Part shown: one piece after another, positions 1-12,023 of the stretch
Layout of the letters: every line of letters begins with the position of its first letter
Numbering within the stretch: the stretch's first letter is position 1
Assembly (NCBI RefSeq): GCF_001194135.2
Contig: NC_068989.1
Coordinates: 78,444,943 to 78,493,823, forward strand
Direction of reading: 5' to 3'
DNA: 48,881 nt
Source: Octopus bimaculoides
Lineage: Eukaryota
Notes under the pieces: generated by a model
The model's input: only the letters and a program-made list of their open reading frames with translations
Told to the model about the DNA's origin: nothing
The model's database searches: none
Program-made: the position numbers and the translations under genes

Positions 1-217
1 CTCATCGATGAAAATTCACAGTCACATATAGAAAATTAATAAGTAAAAGCACAATAAATAAGTATAATATAATACAAAGTAAATATCATAAGATAAAGAT
101 AATATTATCAGTATATTATCATTATCTTATGATTGTTACTTTGTATTATATTATACTCATTTATTGTGCTTTTACTTATTAATTTTCTATATGTGACTGT
201 GAATTTTCATCGATGAG
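1..217. repeat. Near-perfect inverted repeat (foldback): 105-bp arms 1-105 and 113-217, 7-nt loop
   Basis: Base-by-base reverse complement with only 4 mismatches (positions 60, 83, 84, 97). The left arm runs to the window edge and may extend further. Confidence 0.95.
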
Positions 218-360
218 TTCATGAACCTTGCTTCTTTTCTCTAAAACTATATATTTATATTTTATACTGTGAAACTTAATTTAATTTTAATTTTTAATAA
301 ATTGAATTGTATTGAGATTTTACCTGTAAATTTAAATTTTTATCCCTAATAATATTGTTT

Positions 361-390
361 TATATATATATATATATGTGTATATATATA

Positions 391-436
<46 letters not shown>

Positions 437-480
437 TGTATATATATATGTATATGTGTGTGTGTGTATATATATATATA
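361..480. repeat. Compound (TA)n/(TG)n/(GA)n microsatellite
   Basis: Seen directly. Confidence 0.95.
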
Positions 481-589
481 ATCGTCAACCAAACTTGACT
501 AAGTTTGACAATAACATCTACATTGCTAGAAATAAGAGCTAAATTGCTCCAATGCTGTTACAAAGCACATAACATATACTATTATATAC

Positions 590-730
590 TCCGGTGTTCA
601 AAATTTCCTTGATTTCGACATTCATTCATTCGGGGTCGATAAATTAAGTGCCAATTGAGCACTGGGATCCATGTGAATGACTCAACTCTTTCTCCTATCT
701 TCCTGACCATGTGACAACATTTGAAACCAT
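590..730 (+). mobile_element. SINE family A, degenerate 3' part
   Basis: ttcggggtcgataaattaagtgccaattgagcactgggatcc...tttgaaaccattatt matches the other family A copies in the window. Confidence 0.65.
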
Positions 731-734
731 TATT

Positions 735-1152
735 GTTATTATAGTTATTATTATTATTTATTTTCTTTGCATACCTTCTAACGCTGGAGATGTACTACAG
801 TGCCGGCTGTTCACTACCAGTGAAATACAGTAACACCTTATTTTTCCATCACCATCCGGAGTATTCGAGTGATTTTAAGCAGTACTATTTTCTGCAAGTG
901 GTCCACCCTTATTGCAGTCCTTATTTGTTCCATGTACTTCTCATGATTTTTACTCACTGTTCCTAGGGCTCCGACAATTATTGGGACCACTACCACCTTT
1001 TTCAGTGACCACAACAGCTTAACCTCCCAAGCTAACCTGTCATATCCATCGACTTTTCTTTCTCCCTTAGCCCATACCTTGTTGTCAACTGGGCATGCTA
1101 TATCTATGATCCAGTATCATTTACTTTCTTTCTCAATTAACACTATATTATT
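735..1152 (-). mobile_element. 5'-truncated R4/Dong-clade non-LTR retrotransposon 3' end (restriction-like endonuclease domain)
   Basis: Minus frame 1152-838 reads NIVLIEKESK*YWIIDIACPVDNKVWAKGERKVDGYDRLAWEVKLLWSLKKVVVVPIIVGALGTVSKNHEKYMEQIRTAIRVDHLQKIVLLKITRILRMVMEK*. IIDIACPxD, VVPIIVGALG and LQK..LL...RILR are typical of RLE-type R4/Dong C-termini. A short 3' UTR and (TAA)n tail follow. Confidence 0.85.
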
Positions 1153-1181
1153 ATCTTCATCATCACCATCATCATCATCAT

Positions 1182-1231
<50 letters not shown>

Positions 1232-1267
1232 TTTAATATTATTATTGTTATTATTATTATTATTATG

Positions 1268-1320
<53 letters not shown>
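1148..1320. repeat. (ATC)n/(AAT)n/(ATT)n microsatellite complex
   Basis: Seen directly; source of the poly-I/Y/D ORFs. Confidence 0.95.
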
Positions 1321-1321
<1 letters not shown>

Positions 1322-1523
1322 AGGCAGTGAGTTGGCAGAATCGTTAGCACGCCGGACGAAGAGCTTAGCGGTTTTTTTCTGCCGCTACATTCTGAGTTCA
1401 AATGAGTTCAAATTCCGCCGAGGTCGACTTTGCTTTCATCCTTTCGGGGTCGTTAAATTAAGTACCTGTTGCGTACTGGGCCCCTCCCCTGAAATTTCAG
1501 GCCTTGTGCTTATAATAGGATGG
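1321..1523 (+). mobile_element. SINE family A, near full length, between (ATT)n tracts
   Basis: tRNA-like head ggcagtgagttggcagaatcgttagcacgccgg, B-box-like gagttcaaattcc, body gaggtcgactttgctttcatcctttcggggtcg, (ATT)n tail 1524-1635. Confidence 0.85.
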
Positions 1524-1556
1524 TTTATTATTATTATCATCGTCATCTTCGTTATA

Positions 1557-1624
<68 letters not shown>

Positions 1625-2971
1625 CATTATTATTACTCATCTGATTATTGATAAACAGGCGCAAACATGGTCGTGTGCGACTTTGGGCAAGTGTCTTCTT
1701 GTGTAACCCGAAATTTCATTTACCATTAACAATGGAAAATAGTTTTACATACCAATCTAACTTTTGGTTAGGAATGGTATTTTTGAGATTATTTCCTGTT
1801 GAGGCAATCTGACTTGCAGAAAATACTAATTCAGCTTTGTTATTATTATTTTATTGGCATATGTTTAACATCATTACTGGAATAACCATAACTTCGAATT
1901 AAAGGGGATAATGTTGCTTTCACGTCTCAAAAGATTAATTCCTTGTATTTCTATAAGGAAAGCATCAACTGCTGATGCTTTCCATAGAAACAGAACTATT
2001 TATTTTTAATTTCTCTACTTGCCGATGAATATTAGTAATGAGAAGTATCTTCTGCCACAATCTAACATCTATTGTTAATAGTAAACAATATTTAAGCCAC
2101 ATTATTATAATTCAATTTAATTAATTTTATTACAAGTGTTTAGTTAAATGTGCGTAACAAATATATTAACTGTAACATATCATGTTTGCTCGTTCATACT
2201 AGAAGATGTTGTCTTCAGTTGATTAGTTGCGGTATTGTTGTTTTGATAATTATCAAAACAATAATTGATTAGTTTAAAATAGCATTTGGATGGAATGATA
2301 TCAGTTGACATTGATTCTTTGTAACGAATGCATCTTTGGATCCTATCAATGCCAAGATCGTTAAATTCAGCAATGATAGAATTTATCGCAAACAAAGAGA
2401 TAAGCTTTAATCCGATATATCAGACTAAAACAGTTTTTTTTCTTCTATTTTACTCGATCTTCTCTCATGTGTTACTAGAGTCAATAAAACAATAACAAAA
2501 ACGATTAGAACAACTCTTTGTTTCTATAAATTCTAGGGCCAATAAATATTTCGCTTCTATTCTTAATTGTTCTATAAATATGGCTTTTTGTTTATGCGAC
2601 AAATGTACAAATATAGCGCCAAAATAAGATTTACAACATACAATTTCAGCTATTTCATAAAGTAGAATTGCTTAAGCATTTATATGGCTCCTTGCTGTTG
2701 TTACTATATACCCTACAGTCAGACCAGTTATTGGGATATTCTCGTCTGTCAAGAGTAGCTTTATGTAAGTTTCGCAAATACTGAATCCTTAATGCGCAAA
2801 TAAATCTTATTTGGGTTCCAAATAAGAACTTTAACCACGTGGAATTAGTTGCCGAAGGAAAATAGTCAAACAGACAAAGTATTGAACAAGAATTGTACAG
2901 CTGATAAAATGTAATAAAAATAAAGAAAACAGTACTGGCGTTAAAATGTATCCTTGAATTGTGATTTCAAA

Positions 2972-2984
2972 TCTCTCTCACTCT

Positions 2985-3072
<88 letters not shown>
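2972..3072. repeat. (CT)n microsatellite
   Basis: Seen directly. Confidence 0.97.
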
Positions 3073-3074
<2 letters not shown>

Positions 3075-3255
3075 GTATCTATCAATCGATCTCTCCCTCC
3101 CCTCTCTCTCTTTATCTATCTATCTCTCTATCTAAAATAAAACAGCTATTCTAGATTATGTACCCAACAACGCCCTCTTTGTGCTTCATTAAATTGAAAC
3201 TGCCGGTCAAAAACTAACGTGTTAACACTTTGGCCTTGTAAAGTATGTATTTATG

Positions 3256-3365
3256 TATGTCATTATTTAGTTTTATTCCAAGATTTCTTGCCAACAGAGA
3301 AAGAACCGGTTTCTAACCAAGATCCAAGACTCTTTCATTGAAATCTCAACAACATCAACAGGGTA
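3256..3365 (-). repeat. Unclassified ~110-bp interspersed repeat (second copy at 28558-28665, opposite orientation)
   Basis: Its reverse complement taccctgttgatgttgttgagatttcaatgaaagagtcttggatcttggttagaaaccgg...ggcaagaaatcttggaataaa aligns with 28558-28665. Confidence 0.85.
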
Positions 3366-3600
3366 GTTTTATATGTATGTAATCTGTATGGGCTTAATTC
3401 AATACCAAGACTGTTATCTTTCTTCATTTCGGATTACTTTTAAGATTTACTGATTCTATAGCAAATTTGTTTAATAAATAATATAGTATTTAGATATTAA
3501 TATCGTCAAACTACACTAATAACATGGCATACTGATGGTCAAGAAGTAATAAATGGTATTTATAACGTGACAATTAAAATCCTTTCATAACTGGAAAATA

Positions 3601-3662
3601 ATGCTTTTCGTATGCAAGCCGGCGGGGCTCGCTCTGAGCACTCTAATTTTTTCACAGTGAAC
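3601..3662 (-). pseudogene. Orphan ~60-bp 18S rRNA-like fragment
   Basis: Reverse complement gttcactgtgaaaaaattagagtgctcagagcgagcc resembles the conserved SSU rRNA motif TTTACTTTGAAAAAATTAGAGTGYTCAAAGCAGGC at the end of V4. It is a GC-rich island in AT-rich flanks. Confidence 0.6.
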
Positions 3663-3816
3663 TTGACATAGTTTCTCTTATTTATGAATGTGTTTCTTTT
3701 ATATTCATAGTAAACTTGTTTTAAAGTTTTAGACAACAGACACACACTCACTTACACACACACAGGCACACGCGCACACATGCGCGAGCGCACACAAGTA
3801 CACACACGCATATGCT

Positions 3817-3819
<3 letters not shown>

Positions 3820-3903
<84 letters not shown>
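3820..3903. repeat. (TA)n microsatellite
   Basis: Seen directly. Confidence 0.97.
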
Positions 3904-3914
<11 letters not shown>

Positions 3915-3915
<1 letters not shown>

Positions 3916-4081
3916 ACGCCGGGCTTCTTTCAGTTTCCGCTTACCAAATCCACTCACAAAGCTTTGGTAGGCCCGAAGCTATATTAGAAGACACTTGACC
4001 AAGGTGCCACGCAGTGGACTGAACCCAGAAACATGTGGTTCGCAAAGAAGCTACTTACCATACAGCCACTCCTGCGCCTAT
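3915..4081 (-). mobile_element. SINE family B, 5' half
   Basis: Reverse complement ataggcgcaggagtggctgtatggtaagtagcttc...gggttcagtccactgcgtggcaccttggtcaagtgtcttc...gtggatttggtaagcggaaactgaaagaagcccggcgta; tRNA-like head. Confidence 0.85.
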
Positions 4082-4894
4082 AAAATCAAACTTTCTTCTC
4101 ACTATAAATCACAATATTTGAAACAAAATTATGTGCTTATTTTTGTCTCTCATATGAACCAATTTGTCAAAAGCAGAATGTATTTGACACTAACAACGAT
4201 CACATACAGTCATGAACACACACACACACACACACGCAAACAAACACACACACACAAACACACACATGTATACATATACAAACGACCATAACAAACCTAC
4301 AAGTTTTCGTACATAACATTTTATTAACAAATTGATTTAATTACACCCTTGATCCGTTATTTCGTAGCTGTGCTTCCTTTAAATACATTTATCGCATACA
4401 CTGTAGCCTTGGTCTATAGTCCACTCACACGTTCACATACACGTACAGATACACATACACACACACACACACACATACACACACACATTGAATTAGTTCA
4501 ATGCTGTAATTTGGGAGATTCGTTCTGGCAGCAAAAGACACAAACACTGGTTTTACTTGACATTTGTTTTATTATCAATTAACTAGTTAGTTAATTGATA
4601 AAACAACAAAAGCGAAATACAATCCGTACATGTATTCTGTTAGAAGATTGCACCTCCCGAAGGATAAATTTGCCTGCTTTCAATGCACGATTTCAGATCA
4701 AGATTATTGGCAAAACAAATAAAACAACGAAATATATACCTCTTAACATATAAAACGTTGACTCACATGCCAACTTCCTTTGTATTGACATGATTAGCTT
4801 TTCTTCATTCTGATGTTGGAATGAGAAAATAATAACTGTACTAAAATAGGCGGAAGAGAGACAAATAATGTATTCTAAAAATATAAAAGGAGAC

Positions 4895-4895
<1 letters not shown>

Positions 4896-4980
<85 letters not shown>
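4896..4980. repeat. (GATA)n microsatellite
   Basis: Seen directly. Confidence 0.97.
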
Positions 4981-4981
<1 letters not shown>

Positions 4982-4989
4982 CAGACTGA

Positions 4990-5791
4990 CAAACGCATAA
5001 CTGCATGTTATTTCTTTCGCTTCCTTCCATATATATCGAATCCAGGTCCCGCTGTAAGCTTGCGATGTCATCTTGATTTTTTTATTGCCTGTGATAATTT
5101 TGTATCATCCGCTTAGCTAGTGAAAGTGGCTGTCCGAGTGACCGTGGGCACGTTTAAGTGGCCTACTATGAACAGTAATGCTCTCAGAGCAGTCCCTGGG
5201 GCACGCGACTTAGGGTCTGAGTTTTCTCTTCTTATGACATATCATAACAATATCTACCTTATCAAATGCCAAGGTTTCTCACGTTGACATCTGAATCGTC
5301 AAGCAGCTGTTTAAAAACCCAGTCATAGTGTTGCAGGAGCTGGGTGAGGCAGCTTCTTTCTGGACGAAAGCTACGCTGTGTATTGTTCAGTAGCTCACTT
5401 TCTTCTATGAACATTATCAACTTCTTTCTGATGAATCGCTCCATGACTTAAGAAGCCAGAGAGATTGACCTACAGTTTTTGGCCTCTGCTCTGCTTCCAC
5501 CTTTGTGAATAGGGCATATAATGCTTTCTTTTAGCTTTTCAGGAATTTTACCACTTGCACGGAGACCTTGGAAAAGTATTTGAAGTGGTTTCGCTAAAGC
5601 CTGCTTACATGACTTCAGAGGAATAGCTGAGAAGCCATCAGAACCAGTTGCGGAGTTTAAATTCGTTTCATCTATGGCCGCTATTACATCTCTTTCCTTA
5701 ATGTTGATGTAATCGATAGTTGGCACTTCCTTTTTTTAGAGCTGTAATATTAAAGAATTCGGCCGTTTTTTTTTTTTATCAGCATATGTCC
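4990..5791 (-). mobile_element. CR1/Jockey-group LINE reverse transcriptase fragment, internally deleted pseudogene
   Basis: SATGSDG, PIHKGGSRAEAKNCRSISLAS, VMERFIRKKL, QRSFRPERSCLTQLLQHYD, AFDKV, VPQGTAL..LLFI, *ADDTKL and LQRDLDSIYIW motifs across several frames; runs into the N gap. Confidence 0.9.
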
Positions 5792-6144
5792 NNNNNNNNN
5801 NNNNNNNNNNNNNNNNNNNNNNNNNNNNNNNNNNNNNNNNNNNNNNNNNNNNNNNNNNNNNNNNNNNNNNNNNNNNNNNNNNNNNNNNNNNNNNNNNNNN
5901 NNNNNNNNNNNNNNNNNNNNNNNNNNNNNNNNNNNNNNNNNNNNNNNNNNNNNNNNNNNNNNNNNNNNNNNNNNNNNNNNNNNNNNNNNNNNNNNNNNNN
6001 NNNNNNNNNNNNNNNNNNNNNNNNNNNNNNNNNNNNNNNNNNNNNNNNNNNNNNNNNNNNNNNNNNNNNNNNNNNNNNNNNNNNNNNNNNNNNNNNNNNN
6101 NNNNNNNNNNNNNNNNNNNNNNNNNNNNNNNNNNNNNNNNNNNN
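5792..6144. other. Assembly gap (N run)
   Basis: N run. Other gaps: 18777-18786, 19372-19601, 24626-25060, 28855-29497, 29982-29991, 32238-32638, 33367-33819. Confidence 1.
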
Positions 6145-6158
6145 ATACATCCATCCAT

Positions 6159-6205
<47 letters not shown>

Positions 6206-8164
6206 ACATGTGTGTGCATGTGTACGCATGTACACGCGTGTGTACATGCGTTTATGTAAAATGCACTGCACAGGGTAAAGGAGAAAAGCTGAAATATATT
6301 TAAATATTACAGAGTGATTTTTTTTTTAATATTTACACACAGATTAGTGCGTGCATTTCTTTTTAGACGTACCTCCGAGTGAATTGCATTCTTTGAGAGA
6401 TTTTGTTTGGAAAACAAATGTCTCCCTTGAGACATTACGTTCAAAAGCACATCTATGTCTATACATCAGTTGACTACGAGAATTAGCGTTGTCGGTAAAA
6501 GACACCGTCTCAGAGATTTTGAGTTCGAGTGTAATTTATGTTCCTTTATTATATAACATCATTTGCTAACGCTTACTGCGTGTGTGGGTGGCTCTTTGTT
6601 TATTTGCACACATACAGCATATATTTGGAATGTTGTTGGTATTAAATTTTCGCATTTAAAAATCATTTTTTCGTAGTTATTACGCAGTTACTACTTGATT
6701 CCAAATAGAATGGAAGATAGAATTTTATTTATGCCTTTATTGTTACTCATTTAATTTTATTTATGATTTTAAAATATTCAGGATTTATGCTCAATAAATT
6801 TTAAATGTAACTTCGTCGCTGATGCAGTATTGTGTAGTATTAAATGTAGTTTAATTGTTGTTGCTTAACCCAATGCTGATTTTGATTGTGAAAAACCTGT
6901 GATCATGTAGCATTCAATATATGACTCACATATTATAAAGGATTACTCGGGTCACGTTACCTAATGTCTGCCTTTTCATTGTTAATAGAATATTTATTGC
7001 CATTTTAAGCAAATTCAAGGCAACACTGCTGTGTTATATCGTGCAGGACAGACTAGCTTTGCCTATAGGAACGCTGTAACATAGTATTGAAGAGATTACA
7101 AACCTAATGATATTTTCAAACTACTAGTAGTTATTAATCCATGCTTAAAGGCCACAAATTATTCAATATTTCACGATTCCTATCAAAACTATCGTGCTTA
7201 ATTATTTAGTAAAATGGTAAGTTACTGATTTCATTGCAGACAGTCTGGTGCTTGTTACAGCCCTTGCTCCCACCAGCTGTCACAGTTTCAGATGTTCTGT
7301 TTGTTGAAAGATGGTAACAAAGGATGACAATATCTCCGGGCAGTAACATCTAAAACAATGATCAACATCTAAAACAATGAACACATGCGACGTTACCAAG
7401 TGATACTTGCCCGCGAGTGACGGCTGGTTGTATTTTAAATACACTGCAGTCTAATTAGTAATGACCAATATTACCATATCGGTTCTAGTAAACAAAATAA
7501 TATTTTTCCCAGATCGTACCACAAGGAGAGGATGTAATATTCTTAGGTGTTTTTTAGGGTTTGTTATTTTTTTGCCAAGTTTTTATTTTATTTTTAAGTT
7601 CTTGCTTATTTGGGTGCGGCAAAATAACGTTTCGCTTTGTTAAGTTGGTTTCTGTTTGTTAATTAAGCAGTCACTTTTAATAAGATTGTATTATCAAAGA
7701 GAAGATAAAACCGTGAAATAAATGAGATTATGTAATCAAACATGCCCTGTAACACAAATACATGGAAAGAGGATTAAGAAAACATTGCTCTTTGGTTGTA
7801 ATTAAGAAGGAACAAAAACAAAACAAAAGATTGGCAAAATAAGCCTGCCATGATGGATTATTAGAAAGCAACTTATGGACACATGGAATATAAAATAAAG
7901 AAAGAAAATCTTCGAGAGATGGGATGTATTCATTCAATGTTCATATCAAATACTGGCCGTTGCTTAAATTATTGACAGAAACTGAAATATATGGATCTCT
8001 GTCGGTTTCGAGGATAATTATTCAGAAATTCTGTCAGCTGAAATATTCACTGAATTAACTGAATTACCGTGGAAGTGTTTAGTATTCCACTCAGTGCACC
8101 ATGGATGCAATTCTCATAAGAAATCAGTACGACATAACTGTGCCTTTGAAGTCCAGGTATTTGA

Positions 8165-8325
8165 CAGTTTCTCACGCAGTTTCCGTTTAACTCATTTCGC
8201 TCGCAATGATTTGTTTGACCTGGAGTTATGGCAAAAAACATTTGTCCTAGGTGTCACTCTGTGAGATCGAACCCTGAACCTCGTAATTGCAAAAGCGAAC
8301 TATATAACCATGTTACAGTCATACT
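8165..8325 (-). mobile_element. SINE family B, degenerate 5' half
   Basis: Reverse strand has a B-box-like gggttcgatctc, and the plus strand cagtttccgtttaactcatttcgctcgcaa matches the family B pattern. Confidence 0.55.
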
Positions 8326-9972
8326 AATCGATGCGTTGTATTCAACTGAAACAAATATATACACAAACAACATGTTTATACACTCCACACGTTTATAATT
8401 AACAGTATTTTTATTCTCTACATACAGCTATGTAAGTATAAGTATGTGTGTGTACATGCATATGCGTACGTGAGTGTGTGTGTGTGTGTGTGTATCTGTG
8501 TGTGTGTCATATGTACTGTAACTATGTGCCTCCAAGATTGTATCTCCATTTGTTTACAAGATGACAAGGGGTAGAGTAAAGTGTGTGTGTGTGCATCTAG
8601 CATCCATCCACAATGAGATGAGAGTCCTTCAGTGAGAGTCTTAATCGTTATCCATTGGATACCGTACCTAATATCCAGTTATGATTCTTAAGATACTGGT
8701 TTTAAATCTCATCGAATGACGACAAGCTTTTTCTCTGCATTCACGTTCGCTGAAATGTTATCGCTAATACATGACTTTTCTCATGTTCAAGTGTCAATTA
8801 TATTGAACACGTCACCACCGCTGTGACTCTAAACAAAGACGAATGGCAATATTGCATTTTAACTCATACTAGGATATACTAAGGAAAAATAGATGCAAAT
8901 TCCTCTTTGAACGGAATAACAATAAGTCATTGAGTTAATCACCATTTCCAGCTATGCAATCAAAAACTGGAAAAGAAATACCTTGCTTGAGGATTTAATT
9001 GTTTTGCGCCGCGTTGTCTAAGAATCGAATCTGACCTAATGTTTGTGAGGCCATCATAGTGAACACTAGGCTATGTGGATGCATGGAATGTACTATATTT
9101 CTATGCCTCTGGAGTTAATAAAGATGAATAATCATTAAGAACGAGTATTGATTAAACCGACTGTTTCCATTCCAGCTTTTGTAATCGATTGCATATGTTA
9201 TCAAAGTTTCATGTCGTAGGTCCCTCAACCTCGAGAGATATGAGACGATTGAAAAGTAAGCAGGAAAATAGTGAAGAAAGAAAGATCAAATAGATGTAAA
9301 CTATTTCGTCTTCTTACTAATAAAGAGGAGGCTAACATTTTATTAACATTTTTGGAATGTAGTTGTCATTTTGAGAACTACTCGCCAAATGCATATGTTA
9401 AACTTATCATTTATTACTTTTGTCGCCACCGTCATCATCGTCGTTGATATAAAAATTCTTTTCCGAAAATCCATGTCTTGAATAATATTCTACTTGTCTT
9501 ATATATTTTGTTTTCCCTGACATGAATTAAGTTTATTGCATATAACTTTATGGTTAGAATCGTTAGAATGTCAGACAAAATTGCCTGCAGAAATGAGTTA
9601 CAAAATTTTACATTTTGGACTCAAATACAGGCAATCGTTAAGATTCGTCCTTTTGATTTTCGTAATCCTTGAACTTTTGAAAATTCTTGGGATAAAAAAA
9701 ATCAAATATATTAAGTTTGGGAGATACCTGCATACACACACAAATGACTACTGTTTCATTATAGTGAATTTGGATGTCTATTTATTCTGCTGCCAAGATC
9801 ACTTTTATCTTTAGTTCTTCTCGGTATTAATAAAATAAGGTACCAGTTATATACTGAAACGATTTATATTCCTACAGTTCATGGCGGTATGTCTATGCAA
9901 TCATTACATAATACATAGAAGTGAGAGAAGGGCATGCAATTTTAATTGTTATTTGTCTCTCCCTTCGTAACA

Positions 9973-10097
9973 TATGAGGGGTATATGAAAAGTCTGGAGC
10001 TTCAACAAAAGAACATGGTACAAGATTTATGATGAAGGTACAAGACTTCATGGTTCAAAAGCTCTGAAGGCTCAAAACTTTCTATACATACCTCGTA
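9973..10097. mobile_element. ~125-bp mariner-type MITE
   Basis: Imperfect ~30-bp TIRs TA-tgaggggtatatgaaaagtctggagcttc / gaaggctcaaaactttctatacatacctcg-TA, TA target site, no coding capacity. Confidence 0.75.
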
Positions 10098-10220
10098 AAC
10101 TTATTTCCGATGGTGTCAGTGAGAAATGACTATCATATAAGGCAACAACTGCTTTGAAAAGAGGGATAAAGGGTGACCTTTTGGTTAATTAGTGATGAAC
10201 ATTTGCCTAAATAGTAATAT

Positions 10221-11266
10221 TACGAGGGGAAGTAACAAAATGATTAATACTTGCGCCAAAATTCTCTTTAGGTTAGCCATACTGCCTTCGACACTCACGT
10301 GCTAAACGGTGGTACTGTTGTGGTCACGTAATCAAGGTTTGATCTTAATCGCTGCGGTTATCTTTCTTGTGTTACAAAGTAAGCGTGGCTGCCCCGCCAA
10401 GAGGCTGCACCAAAGAAGATCAGAAATCAGCGATCCAATTTATCTGGTCTGAAGGTGTGTCAGGGTCTGACATTCATCGCTGGCTTTCTCTCTACAATAT
10501 AGAGAAAGCACTCAACAGCGTAGAAACATGTATAACTGGATCTAAACGTCTAAAAATAGACAGACAAGCGTGAAGTACGTAAAGATTCAGCAAGATCGAG
10601 GACCGATAAATGACAATCGATGTGGTGGGTGACAAGAGAGTTTATCAAAGGGCATAAGTGCAAACGTGTAGAGATCTTATTACGCTTACACAAGTCCTAC
10701 AACAAGAAAGACAAAATCTTTTTGGAGAGAATAGTTACAGATGAGACTTGGATCCGTCACTTTGAACTAGAATCCCAAAAGCAGAGTATGGAGCGAAAAC
10801 ATCCGGAATCACCAGAGTAAAAGAAATTTAAGACTCAATCTTCGGCTCAAGAGGTTATGTTAACCATTGAGGGGGTGTGAGCAAAAAGGGTCTGTACTGG
10901 AACATAACTTAGGTAAAAGGTCTACCATCACCGGTATAGGCTACAGTGAAATGCTGGCTAACAGATTGAAACCAGCAAATCACACTAAACGCCATCTATT
11001 GGCAAATCAAATGGCAAATCTAGTGGCAAATCAAATCTATTGGAAAAGCAAACAACACCACTGAGACCATTGAAAATTCAGCTTAGACTCGCTGGAACGA
11101 CCTGCTTAAAGTCCATATCTCGTCCTTTCCAATGACTCCTCTTTGGAACGCTCGAACATCATTTACGAGGTCGTCGATTGGATAAGGGGCAATTGTTCAA
11201 CTCTTGCTTTTGTTTTATTAAATTACAGAAACAAGAGTGCGTATAATTTTTGACTTACTCTGGTTA
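10221..11266 (+). mobile_element. Mariner (DD34D-type) transposon, pseudogenised and internally deleted
   Basis: Left TIR TA-cgaggggaagtaacaaaatgattaatac and degenerate right TIR gtataatttttgacttactctgg. Peptides EDQKSAIQFIWSEGVSGSDIHR, WWVTREF (WVPR motif), FLERIVTDETWIRHFELESQKQSMERKHPESP, RPA*SPYL (YSPDL motif) and FGTLEHHLRGRR. Confidence 0.9.
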
Positions 11267-12023
11267 GTATGACATTAAAACCTACAATAGTCTACATCGC
11301 TTAGGCGCTAATTAAAGATGTGACATCTTCTAATGAGTTGCTTGAGTTCCAGGAAAAGCAAATTCCTTCTACGGTTATAAAATAAGGAATGACAGTGTGG
11401 AGAATGCAGTTTTCGACATTCTAAGGTTTGAAAATAAGATGAGATGGCCATGGCTTTAAAGCAGATTGCTTATGAATCAAACTGAATAGAGAGAAAAGAT
11501 GTTAAGTAAAAACAGCAGTATCAATGATAAAAATAATTCTGGCCAAAGATATCAATGCTGGAGCGTCTATATGGACAGGTTGTTTGCTAGAAATAGTAAC
11601 CAACTATCCTTCACATCCAACCTTAATGGCTTCATAAAATAAAAGGTACGTTGAGTGATGTAGCCAGAGATAAACTGTTGTAAATTGATTAAAAAGATGG
11701 TCCAGGAGTGCCTGGATCCTTTTTTGAGCATGGATCCACACGATTCCAGTTTATTTGAAGCTCATCAACAACAGCAGCAAAATCAATAAAGGAGCCTCTA
11801 CATAGTATATGGAGTTGCTAGACAAAACAGCCACATTTGTCTTCTCCGTAAATATTCAGTCTGCCATTTCGAAAATATGGCATGACAGTGGAGACGATAA
11901 TTCTTTATATGCAAATAAAAGATATTCACAGCTGAAATTGGAATTGTTGTGATTCTCAGTCTATTTGATAGGAGAAGATCAGGTACGAAGCAACAATTAC
12001 ATGAATATTGTTTACGAAATTTT

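Noticed and set aside
205-232. CGATGA-GTTC-AT-GAAC palindromic stem resembling a hammerhead core
   Set aside because: Lacks both CUGA and GAAA.
1117-1706. Poly-I/Y/D ORFs, and all similar YI, SL, HT, VC and N-containing ORFs in the track
   Set aside because: Translations of microsatellites or N gaps; not proteins.
2180-2395. 71-aa minus-strand ORF
   Set aside because: No good acceptor or ATG and no recognisable domain.
7345-7380. 17-bp direct duplication aacatctaaaacaatga
   Set aside because: Ordinary local slippage duplication; only two units, so not an array.
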